Assembly (NCBI GenBank): GCA_014239655.1
Contig: JAAZYM010000078.1
Coordinates: 39,564-103,563, forward strand
DNA from: Flavobacteriales bacterium
Lineage (GTDB): Bacteria > Bacteroidota > Bacteroidia > Flavobacteriales > BACL11
DNA length: 64,000 bases
Direction of reading: 5' to 3'
The notes beneath the pieces were generated by a model. That model saw only the letters and a list, made by a program, of their open reading frames with translations. It was not told where the DNA came from and made no database searches. A program made the position numbers and the translations under genes. Positions 10,901 through 18,976 of this stretch are shown in pieces (positions within the stretch are counted from its first letter, which is position 1; each line of letters begins with the position of its first letter).

Positions 10901-11657
10901 ACAAACCAAATCCTAGTAAATTATAATTATACTTATCAAATAATGAAGAAGACTCTAACTCAATACCACCAAAAAACTTATTTGATGGGCCTTTAGTAGT
11001 TACAGCAATAATACCTCCAGTTGCATCACCATATTGAGCAGGAAGTCCTCCAGTAACAACAGTAATCTGTTCTATACCAGAAGTTGGCACACCAAGTGCA
11101 CCCCTTACTTTAATTCCATCTACATAATAAGCAGTTGCATTTTCTCTTGAACCACGCATATTTACCGCATCACCTTCATCTTTTTGATAGATCCCAGCTG
11201 TTGTAGAAGCCACAGAAGCTACACTTCTAGTTGGTAAAGCAACAATCTCTTCAGCTGTTTTAGTTTCACCAGATAAATTATCTTGATCTAATAACGGTTT
11301 TTTATATTCTATAATCTTAATCTCTCCTAGAGCAACCCCTTCTTGTAATTGAACATCTTGAAATGTTATCTTATTTGCTGAGATAATAACTCCCGTAATC
11401 TCAACCGTCTGATACCCAACAAATGTCGCTTTTACTGAATAGTTTCCTGGCTCAATTGGTTTGATTGTATATTTTCCGTCAAAATCAGTTGTTGTTCCTG
11501 CATACTGATCACCACCTTTCTCAATAACAACATTAGCAAAAGGAATTGGTTCTCCTGTCATTACATCATTTACAATCCCCTTAAGTGTCCCTGTTTGTGC
11601 AAAAGCGAAAGAAGCAAAAAAGACTAATGCAACTATTGAATAAATTTTTCTCAACAT
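7926..11657 (-). CDS. TonB-dependent receptor with N-terminal carboxypeptidase-regulatory-like domain
   Basis: Signal peptide; TGEPIPFANV...TTDFDGKY...VGY domain; plug NMRGSRENATAYYVDG and GGLPAQYGDATGG; NPDLKSEKT; C-terminal PRMIRAGLSFQF. Confidence 0.92.
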   Translation of the reverse strand: MLRKIYSIVALVFFASFAFAQTGTLKGIVNDVMTGEPIPFANVVIEKGGDQYAGTTTDFDGKYTIKPIEPGNYSVKATFVGYQTVEITGVIISANKITFQDVQLQEGVALGEIKIIEYKKPLLDQDNLSGETKTAEEIVALPTRSVASVASTTAGIYQKDEGDAVNMRGSRENATAYYVDGIKVRGALGVPTSGIEQITVVTGGLPAQYGDATGGIIAVTTKGPSNKFFGGIELESSSLFDKYNYNLLGFGLSGPILKKRNSDGTKGSSILGYFLSGEYRNVDDTDPSAIGRWKVKDDVLKGLQENPFRIAPNAAAGFLSESDFLTEENFENVQAKLNSNEQRFNVSGKLDFKPTNTTFLSLGGVFYSRTSRDFSGWRSMFSSANNRESSQTTYRLFGKLTQKFGSEESNEENSSATIKNAFFTIQGDYTNNKYTYVDADHQFDLFKYGYVGEFHTFNKNIYNGGSAIDSSTGIIYTGQIHSGWGDTLYRFNENEYTNIDLANYTNAYYRMFSDYGLASYVGTENDGVIRTAADLRGQGLRNGDLPASVYSLYGNHGSMYNGAAKQENTQYTFKASGSADIKDHEFSFGFEFEQRDDSYWGIGPMGMWGLMRQQTNKHILQRNLAEPNPVYDMNGVYQDTVNYDRLYVGTEQSWFDRSLRASLGLEATSTLFIDIDSLLPNQFDVGMFSQDELLNSGSSLAYYFGYDIYGNKLTTNPTLKEFFEKQDENGNYTREIASFQPIYTAGYIQDKFAIEDLIFNIGLRIDRYDANQKVLSDKYLLHQSYTAGAAIIDPITGFMSQDLFWEDLAPNGHPTTIGDDYVVYVDDVSNPSTIVGYRDNETWYNAEGLQISDPNLLAEAAGGQIQPYLQDPVAALKGEVNVDNAFEDYTPETVFMPRIAFSFPISDEAQFFAHYDVLTQRPPQSNRLEPVDYLFMADRVGALLNNPDLKSEKTVDYELGFAKTLSLRSALKISAFYKELRDMIQVVNVLGAYPAQYLTYGNIDFGTVKGMSVNFDLRRTNNISMTANYTLQFADGTGSSASSGQSLVNTGQPNLRSTIPLAYDQRHALSASVDYHYGSGKDYDGPVWFGKNIFANAGANMVLSAGSGTPYSKQSNITQEAASGINDRSTLEGSLNGSRLPWQFRISAKINKEFEIKWSDKKSSNVNVYVQIQNLLDARNIISVYRATGNPDDDGYLTSSAAQNAINAQNSPDAFRYLYSLAVNNPSNYSLPRMIRAGLSFQF

Positions 11658-11760
11658 AGTATAATGTTTCGTTTAAGTATAATTTTAAAGTTCGTAAAGA
11701 TATTAAAAAACATTAAAGATTTATTAAAAAAAACCATTTCTTTTTCTTAAAATTGCACTC

Positions 11761-12174
11761 ATGAAAACCACAAAATTATTATGTTATTTTATGCTCATTC
11801 TAATGTCCTGTAGCGATAGTAATGATTACATTAGAAATGTATATGTAAATATTGATATTGATCTTAGTTTACCTCAATATAGTGAAATTAATACCATTGG
11901 AAATAGTATGTTTATTGAAGGAGGAAATAAGGGTATAATAATCTATCATTATTCAAACTATGAATACAAAATATATGATAGAAATTGCAGTTATGAACCT
12001 TCTCTAAACTGCTCCTATATAGATTCAATTAATTCAAGTATTGCTCTTTGCAACTGTTGCTCCTCAGCCTTTTTACTTGATCAAGAAGGTAGTGCTGCTA
12101 ATAGCCCCGCATTATTACCTTTAAAGCAATACAATTCCAGTCTCAACAACACTTTACTGCATATCTTTAATTAA
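11761..12174 (+). CDS. Rieske-fold-like lipoprotein with non-canonical ligands
   Basis: Lipobox LMSC; YDRNCSY...LCNCCSSAF...G...PALLPLKQY follows the Rieske spacing. Confidence 0.7.
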   Translation: MKTTKLLCYFMLILMSCSDSNDYIRNVYVNIDIDLSLPQYSEINTIGNSMFIEGGNKGIIIYHYSNYEYKIYDRNCSYEPSLNCSYIDSINSSIALCNCCSSAFLLDQEGSAANSPALLPLKQYNSSLNNTLLHIFN

Positions 12175-13463
12175 TACCTATAGTAATCTGGCTTATAAGG
12201 ACCTTCAATTTTAACGCCAATATAATCAGCCTGATCTTGACGTAACTCTTCTAACTCAACCCCAATCTTTGACAAATGTAATCTAGCCACCTTTTCATCA
12301 AGATGTTTTGGAAGCATATAAACCTTATTTTCATAATTATCAGAGTTTTCCCAAAGTTCTAATTGAGCTAACACCTGATTAGTAAATGAATTTGACATTA
12401 CAAATGAAGGATGGCCAGTTGCACAACCAAGGTTTACTAATCTTCCCTCAGCAAGTAGAATAATATCTTTCTTATTAATAGTATACATATCAACTTGAGG
12501 CTTAATAGTATTTTTAGTGTGGCCCCAATTATCATTAAGCCAAGCAACATCGATTTCATTATCAAAATGACCAATATTACATACGATAACTTTATCTTTC
12601 ATAGCTTCGAAATGATGTCCCTGGATAATATCTTTATTTCCAGTAGTTGTAACAACAATATCAGCATCACCAACTACAGTACCCATTCTTTTTACAGCAA
12701 AACCATCCATAGCAGCTTGCAGTGCACAAATAGGGTCTATTTCTGTCACTATCACTCTTGCTCCAGCTCCTTTTAAAGATGCTGCAGATCCTTTTCCAAC
12801 ATCCCCATATCCAGCAACTACAGCAACTTTTCCAGCCATCATAATATCCGTAGCCCTTCTAATTGCATCTACTAACGACTCCTTACAGCCATACTTATTA
12901 TCAAACTTAGATTTTGTAACCGAATCATTAATATTAATTGCAGGAAGCAATAAAGTTCCTTTCTCTACTCTTTCATACAATCTATGAACTCCTGTAGTTG
13001 TTTCTTCAGATAATCCTTTTATTTCCTCGCATAATTGCGGAAATCTATCTAGAACCATATTAGTAAGATCACCTCCATCATCAAGAATCATGTTTAATGG
13101 CTTAGAATCATTAAATGCATGTAACGTTTGTTCTATACACCAATCAAATTCATCTTCATTCATTCCCTTCCAAGCAAATACAGGCACCCCAGTAGCAGCA
13201 ATAGCTGCAGCAGCTTGATCTTGTGTTGAAAAAATATTACAAGAAGACCAGCTTACCTCAGCCCCAAGATGAACTAATGTTTCAATTAATACTGCCGTCT
13301 GTATTGTCATATGAAGACAACCTGCTATTCGTGCTCCTTTTAAAGGCTTACTATCTCCATACTCCTCTCTAATGGACATTAAACCAGGCATTTCAGCCTC
13401 AGCTAAAACAATCTCTTTTCTACCCCATTCTGCTAAACTTATATCCTTAACTTTATAATTCAT
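12171..13463 (-). CDS. ahcY: Adenosylhomocysteinase
   Basis: [36 protein letters not shown] and GHPSFVMS motifs. Confidence 0.99.
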   Translation of the reverse strand: MNYKVKDISLAEWGRKEIVLAEAEMPGLMSIREEYGDSKPLKGARIAGCLHMTIQTAVLIETLVHLGAEVSWSSCNIFSTQDQAAAAIAATGVPVFAWKGMNEDEFDWCIEQTLHAFNDSKPLNMILDDGGDLTNMVLDRFPQLCEEIKGLSEETTTGVHRLYERVEKGTLLLPAININDSVTKSKFDNKYGCKESLVDAIRRATDIMMAGKVAVVAGYGDVGKGSAASLKGAGARVIVTEIDPICALQAAMDGFAVKRMGTVVGDADIVVTTTGNKDIIQGHHFEAMKDKVIVCNIGHFDNEIDVAWLNDNWGHTKNTIKPQVDMYTINKKDIILLAEGRLVNLGCATGHPSFVMSNSFTNQVLAQLELWENSDNYENKVYMLPKHLDEKVARLHLSKIGVELEELRQDQADYIGVKIEGPYKPDYYRY

Positions 13464-13484
13464 TAATTCTAATTTTTAGAAATG

Positions 13485-13510
13485 CAAATATACTAATATT
13501 ATTATATTTG
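13485..13510. promoter_or_regulatory. Back-to-back divergent Bacteroidota -7 promoter elements (TATATTTG on each strand)
   Basis: caaatata at 13485-13492 (minus strand, for ahcY) and tatatttg at 13503-13510 (plus strand) both match TAnnTTTG. Confidence 0.75.
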
Positions 13511-13514
13511 CCAC

Positions 13515-14096
13515 ATGGGTTTAATACTAAAAAAAGAAGAAAACAACTCACTAATTTCTGTTTGGGAAATCAATGAATCATTAGATGAAATTAAACACCA
13601 TTTTAGAAACCGGGAAGCACATAATTTTAAGAGTAAAAAAAGACAACTAGAATTTCTTTGTAGCAGACTCCTTTTAAGAGAAATTAATCCAGATCTAGAA
13701 ATTAAATACAACAAATTTGGTGCTCCAGAACTAAACAATCATAATTACGTGTCAATATCACATACAAGTAAACTAACCTGTGCTATTATAAGCAATAATA
13801 AGACTGGGATTGACATTGAATTAATATCTGGGAAAGCATTTAATATAAAAGATCGTTTTCTCTCCAAAAAGGACAATGTAGAGCTAAATAACAAAGAAGT
13901 AACTTTAGCATGGTCGGCAAAAGAATGTATGTTTAAGTGGTTCCAAAAAGGCGACGTAAACTTTAAAAAAGATATTGAAATAATATCAATTAAATACGCT
14001 CCAAAACAAGAAATAAATATTAAATTTAGAGACACTTCATATGTTTTAAAATTTCTGGAAATACAGAATCACTTTTTAGTGTATTTTTGCAAATAG
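13515..14096 (+). CDS. 4'-phosphopantetheinyl transferase superfamily protein
   Basis: YVSISHT, GIDIE and WSAKE motifs. Confidence 0.9.
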   Translation: MGLILKKEENNSLISVWEINESLDEIKHHFRNREAHNFKSKKRQLEFLCSRLLLREINPDLEIKYNKFGAPELNNHNYVSISHTSKLTCAIISNNKTGIDIELISGKAFNIKDRFLSKKDNVELNNKEVTLAWSAKECMFKWFQKGDVNFKKDIEIISIKYAPKQEINIKFRDTSYVLKFLEIQNHFLVYFCK

Positions 14097-14107
14097 AATT
14101 GTAGCCT

Positions 14108-14845
14108 ATGGGGATTTATCATAACATCTTAAAAAACAAAAAAGAAGGAAAGAAAATATTCGCTATTCTTATTGATCCTGACAAACAAAGTAACGAAGAG
14201 CTATTGTTTAGCATAGAAAATGCTAATCAATCTAATGTAGACTATTTTTTTGTTGGCGGCAGCTTATTAATTTATGATGCTCTTGAGAAATGCATACAAA
14301 CAATTAAAGAAAATAGCAGCATACCTGTTGTTCTTTTCCCAGGGAATACAATGCAAGTTAGTCAAAGTGCAGATGCAATATTATTTCTATCATTAATTTC
14401 AGGGAGAAATCCTGATATGCTAATTGGAAACCAAGTTATAACTGCACCTATACTAAAACAAACTTCTCTTGAAATTATCTCTACCGGATATATACTTGTT
14501 GATAGCGGAAAACCAACCACTGTCTCATATATAAGCAATACAAACCCGATACCATATGAGAAGAACGATATAGCTGCATGTACAGCCATGGCTGGTGAAT
14601 TGTTAGGGCTAAAACTGATATACGCAGATGGTGGAAGTGGAGCCTTAAATCCTATCTCAGCGAAAATGATTCAAGAGATTAGCGAAAATATTAATACTCC
14701 ATTAATAGTTGGTGGCGGTATCTGTAGTGCAGAAAAAGCAATTGAAAATTGTAATGCCGGTGCTGATATAATCGTTGTGGGTAATGCCATTGAAAAAGAC
14801 CCTAAATTAATTAAAGAGATCTCAGAAGCAATCCATTCTATTTAA
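14108..14845 (+). CDS. Geranylgeranylglyceryl/heptaprenylglyceryl phosphate synthase (GGGPS family)
   Basis: LIDPDK, FVGGS, VLFPG, LSLISGRNP, DGGSGA, IVGGGI and GADIIVVGN motifs. Confidence 0.93.
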   Translation: MGIYHNILKNKKEGKKIFAILIDPDKQSNEELLFSIENANQSNVDYFFVGGSLLIYDALEKCIQTIKENSSIPVVLFPGNTMQVSQSADAILFLSLISGRNPDMLIGNQVITAPILKQTSLEIISTGYILVDSGKPTTVSYISNTNPIPYEKNDIAACTAMAGELLGLKLIYADGGSGALNPISAKMIQEISENINTPLIVGGGICSAEKAIENCNAGADIIVVGNAIEKDPKLIKEISEAIHSI

Positions 14846-14854
14846 TTTTCCAAA

Positions 14855-15451
14855 ATGAATGAGGCAATTCAAATTCTACATACAATAACATCTCAAGTCA
14901 GTTTAATTGAATTTTTAGCAGTTTCTTTTAGTATTATATATGTTATACTAGCTGCTAATGGAAATATTTGGTGCTGGCTAGCTGCTATTATTAGCGTTAG
15001 TTTATATGTCTATATATGCTATAATGCAAAATTATATGCAGAAACTATACTTCAAGTATTTTATTTGCTTATGGCGTTTTGGGGTTATTTCTCTTGGAAG
15101 AGCATGAATACAAAGAATACTATACAAGAAATAACATTATCAAGCCATATTCTATTTATATGTTTTGGCGTTGTTTTCACATTCATCAGTGGATATTTAT
15201 TCAGTATTTACTCAGATGCAAAGATGCCTCTAGTTGATTCTTTTACGACAATTTTTAGTCTTATCGCAACCTATATGGTGGTTAAAAGAATACTTTCAAC
15301 CTGGCTTTATTTTATTGTAATTGATATAGTATCGATTTATCTTTATTACTCAAGAGACCTGTATTTTTCTTCGATTTTATTTATAATCTATAGCATAATT
15401 GCTGTTATTGGATATTATAATTGGACTAAAATTCTAGTTAACAATGATTAA
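14855..15451 (+). CDS. pnuC: PnuC-family vitamin/nucleoside transporter
   Basis: NIWCW, LYAE..LQ.FY...GY..W, DSFTT and W...I..D motifs. Confidence 0.9.
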   Translation: MNEAIQILHTITSQVSLIEFLAVSFSIIYVILAANGNIWCWLAAIISVSLYVYICYNAKLYAETILQVFYLLMAFWGYFSWKSMNTKNTIQEITLSSHILFICFGVVFTFISGYLFSIYSDAKMPLVDSFTTIFSLIATYMVVKRILSTWLYFIVIDIVSIYLYYSRDLYFSSILFIIYSIIAVIGYYNWTKILVNND

Positions 15452-15947
15452 AGTAATAATAACAGGCCCTGAATGCTCTGGAAAAACCACATTATGTGAT
15501 AATCTATCAAAACACTTTAATGCAAAAAAAGTGGATGAATATGCAAGAGAATTTCTCAATAAATCTAATAACAATTACAAATACAATGATTTAATTACTA
15601 TTGCTAAAAATCAATATAAAAATGAAAAAAATAATTATCTCGGGAAAATGATTTTTTGTGATACCGATTTAATAACGATTAAAATCTGGTCTGACTATAA
15701 GTACCAGAAATGTGATGATTGGATTACACAAAAAATTAATTCTCAAAAAAAAGAGAAGAGAATCTATATTTTATGTAAACCTGATTTGCCATGGGAATAT
15801 GATCCTCAAAGAAAAAACAAAGATAGTCGTGATGAGCTTTTCAATACTTATAAAAAAGAACTAATAAAAAATCAATATGAATTCTTTGTAATTCAAGGAA
15901 AAAACAGATTTAACAACACTATAAATTATCTGAAAAACATTATATAA
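15444..15947 (+). CDS. NadR-type P-loop kinase/ATPase (AAA_28)
   Basis: Walker A GPECSGKTT, EYAREF, FCDTD and LPWEYDPQR. Confidence 0.85.
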   Translation: MIKVIITGPECSGKTTLCDNLSKHFNAKKVDEYAREFLNKSNNNYKYNDLITIAKNQYKNEKNNYLGKMIFCDTDLITIKIWSDYKYQKCDDWITQKINSQKKEKRIYILCKPDLPWEYDPQRKNKDSRDELFNTYKKELIKNQYEFFVIQGKNRFNNTINYLKNII

Positions 15948-15977
15948 GAAGATTAAATTATCTACTTTTACGCAATC

Positions 15978-16057
15978 TTTTTTTAGGGGTGCCTTCAAAA
16001 CACGGGCTGAGAACATACCCATTGAACCTGGCTAGGTAATTCTAGTAAGGAAAATGC
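15978..16057 (+). ncRNA. TPP (THI-box) riboswitch, variant
   Basis: GGGGTGCC...GGGCTGAGA..ATACCC.TTGAACCTG.CTAG-GTAATT-CTAG..AGGAA lies directly upstream of a TonB receptor. Confidence 0.88.
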
Positions 16058-16116
16058 ATAAGTAGAAGCCGCTATAACCCTAGAAAAGTTTTATTTAAAA
16101 ATTAAAATGATACGTT

Positions 16117-18312
16117 ATGAAAATATCTAATTTCATTCTATTTATAATATGTCTTCCTAGTTTTTCTTTGGCACAAACAACTGATTCTGTAAATATAAAA
16201 AGAACCCTAAACGAAATAAATATAAATGCCATTCGAGCAGATTATACAACTCCAGTTGCATATACAAACTTATCAAAAACTGAAATCGAAAAATCAAACC
16301 TAGGACAAGATTTACCATTCCTTATTTCTCTCTCTCCATCCATAGTAACAACATCTGATGCGGGTGCAGGAATTGGATATACAGGTTTTAGAATAAGAGG
16401 AACGGATCCTTCAAGAATAAATGTTACTATTAATGGAATACCTATTAATGATTCTGAGAGCCAAGGTGTATGGTGGGTAAATATGCCCGATTTTGCATCT
16501 TCTCTTGAAAATATCCAAATACAAAGAGGCGTTGGAACTTCTACAAATGGAGCTGCAGCATTTGGAGCAAGCATAAACTTAAAAACAATGAATATAAATA
16601 ATGATGCTTATGTAGAAACCAATAATAGTATTGGCTCTTTTAACACATTAAAAAACAATATTAAATTTGGATCAGGAGTAATTAGTGATAAGTTTACATT
16701 TGATGCAAGGCTATCAAAAATTATCTCTAATGGATATATTGATCGTGCTTCATCAGATTTAAAATCACTATATCTTCAAGGAACATATTTTAATAAAACA
16801 TCAATACTGAAAGGGATAATTTTCTCAGGGAATGAAAGAACCTATCAAGCCTGGAATGGCGTTCCTCTCCAATATTTAGATACTAATCGGACATTTAACA
16901 GCTATACTTATGAGAATGAAGTTGACAATTATTTTCAGACACATTATCAACTTCACTACAAAAGAAACTTAAACTTAAATACAAATTTGAATGTTGCAGG
17001 TCATTTTACTCATGGTGAAGGATATTATGAACAAGAAAAATTAGATCAGAATCTTTCCAATTACAGTCTCTCAGATATAATTTTTGAAAATGACACAATA
17101 ACATCAACAAACTTAATTAGAAGAAAATGGCTTAACAACGATTTTTGGGGCATCACCTATTCTATAAATCATAAACAAGAAAGAATTAATCTAATTCTTG
17201 GAGGTGCATATAACAGGTATAGTGGGCAACATTATGGAAATATAATATGGTCAGAATTTGCAAGTGACAGTCATTATAATCATGAATACTACAGAAATAT
17301 TTCTACAAAATTTAACAATAATATCTTTATAAAATCTGATTATCGGGCATCAAGAAAGACATCTGTTTTTATTGATCTACAATTAAGAAACATAGACTAC
17401 AAATTTAATGGGAATGATATTGATGGGAATTTAGACGGACAAAATGTAGAATTAGAATTCTTCAATCCAAAATTTGGAATAACACACAAAGTAGATAAGC
17501 ATCAAGCTTTTTATGGATCATACTCGGTTGCAAATAAAGAACCCAATAGGAGTGATTATGTTGAGAGCAGTCCAAATTCAAGACCGTTGCATGAAACCCT
17601 TTATGACACAGAAATTGGCTACAAGTACAAAAATAAGAGGCTAATGTTTAATGCAAATCTATATTATATGGATTATGACAATCAACTTATAAAAACTGGA
17701 GAAATTAATGATGTTGGCTATTTTACAAGTAAAAATGTTAAAAAATCATTTAGACGAGGGATTGAACTAGAGGCGGCTTATTTAATAAGCTCAAGAATAC
17801 ATATCAGTGGAAATCTAACTCTAAGTGAAAATAAATTGGATATTTTAAGACAATTTATTGATAATTGGGATACAGGAATTCAAAACGAAATAGTTCATCA
17901 AAACACTGATCTTGCATTTTCACCAAAAATAATATGGGCAACAAATGTTAACTTTAAACTTAATAACAACACAGATATTAACTTTAATTCAAAATATGTA
18001 GGAGAGCAATTTATTGACAATACATCTTCTACGGAGAGAATGCTTAATGATTATCTAATAAATAATCTGCAGATTAATTATAGCATTAAGAATCCTGTTT
18101 TTAAAATAGCTAAAATCAGTTTGCTAATAAATAATATCTTTAACAACGAATATATCAGTAATGCCTGGCTATATAGGTTCATATCTAATCATTCAGATCC
18201 TAGAGAAAATGATCATTATGTTACTAAGGGTTCAGATAATATTTATAATATGGCTGGTTACTTTCCACAAGCTAAAAGAAACTATCTATTTGGATTAACA
18301 TTAGGATTCTAA
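16117..18312 (+). CDS. TonB-dependent receptor, probably for thiamine or a related compound
   Basis: Plug TSDAGAGIGYTGFRIRG, NGIPINDSESQGVWWVNMPD, QRGVGTSTNGAAAFGAS; C-terminal GYFPQAKRNYLFGLTLGF; riboswitch upstream. Confidence 0.93.
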   Translation: MKISNFILFIICLPSFSLAQTTDSVNIKRTLNEININAIRADYTTPVAYTNLSKTEIEKSNLGQDLPFLISLSPSIVTTSDAGAGIGYTGFRIRGTDPSRINVTINGIPINDSESQGVWWVNMPDFASSLENIQIQRGVGTSTNGAAAFGASINLKTMNINNDAYVETNNSIGSFNTLKNNIKFGSGVISDKFTFDARLSKIISNGYIDRASSDLKSLYLQGTYFNKTSILKGIIFSGNERTYQAWNGVPLQYLDTNRTFNSYTYENEVDNYFQTHYQLHYKRNLNLNTNLNVAGHFTHGEGYYEQEKLDQNLSNYSLSDIIFENDTITSTNLIRRKWLNNDFWGITYSINHKQERINLILGGAYNRYSGQHYGNIIWSEFASDSHYNHEYYRNISTKFNNNIFIKSDYRASRKTSVFIDLQLRNIDYKFNGNDIDGNLDGQNVELEFFNPKFGITHKVDKHQAFYGSYSVANKEPNRSDYVESSPNSRPLHETLYDTEIGYKYKNKRLMFNANLYYMDYDNQLIKTGEINDVGYFTSKNVKKSFRRGIELEAAYLISSRIHISGNLTLSENKLDILRQFIDNWDTGIQNEIVHQNTDLAFSPKIIWATNVNFKLNNNTDINFNSKYVGEQFIDNTSSTERMLNDYLINNLQINYSIKNPVFKIAKISLLINNIFNNEYISNAWLYRFISNHSDPRENDHYVTKGSDNIYNMAGYFPQAKRNYLFGLTLGF

Positions 18313-18379
18313 ACTATATGTTAAACACTAATGTATAGGCTGGTTTTTTTTCGTAATTTTGTAAGAAATTAACACACCT

Positions 18380-18976
18380 ATGGAGTACAATACCGCAAGA
18401 AATCAATTAATCCTTCCAGAATACGGAAGGCATGTTCAAAAAATGGTTGAATATGCAACTACACTAAACGATAAAAAGGAAAGAACTAAATGTGTTAATG
18501 CTATAATTGATTTTATGGGCCAAATGAACCCTCATCTTAGAGATATTAAAGAATTCACTCATAAATTATGGGATCATCTTTACATTATGTCTAAATTCAA
18601 GATTGATGCTGAATCTCCATATCCAATACCTGAGATTGAAAAACTACAAGAGAAGCCAAAAAAAATGCCATATCCTAACAACAAGATTAAATTCCCTTTT
18701 TATGGAGCAGCATTAGAAAATATGATAAGATTTACTGTAGCTATGGATGAAGGTAGGCAAAAAGAAATAATGACTGGGATGGTTGCAAACCATATGAAAA
18801 AATCATACCTGCTATTTAACAAGCATTCTGTTAATAATGATACAATCAAGCTACATCTTGATCAACTCTCAAATAACAAACTAAAGATTCCGGCAGATTT
18901 TGAATTTATACGATCTGAAAGTGTTGTTACAAGAAACCCTAAGGTCTACAAGAAAAAATTCAAGAAAAGACGATAA
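18380..18976 (+). CDS. DUF4290 domain protein
   Basis: MEYNT.R..L..PEYGRHVQKM and HKLWDHL motifs; usual position before murA. Confidence 0.85.
   Translation: MEYNTARNQLILPEYGRHVQKMVEYATTLNDKKERTKCVNAIIDFMGQMNPHLRDIKEFTHKLWDHLYIMSKFKIDAESPYPIPEIEKLQEKPKKMPYPNNKIKFPFYGAALENMIRFTVAMDEGRQKEIMTGMVANHMKKSYLLFNKHSVNNDTIKLHLDQLSNNKLKIPADFEFIRSESVVTRNPKVYKKKFKKRR

Noticed and set aside
13464-13500. Possible SAH/SAM riboswitch upstream of ahcY
   Set aside because: The promoter element is only about 20 nt from the ATG and the leader is unstructured AT sequence.
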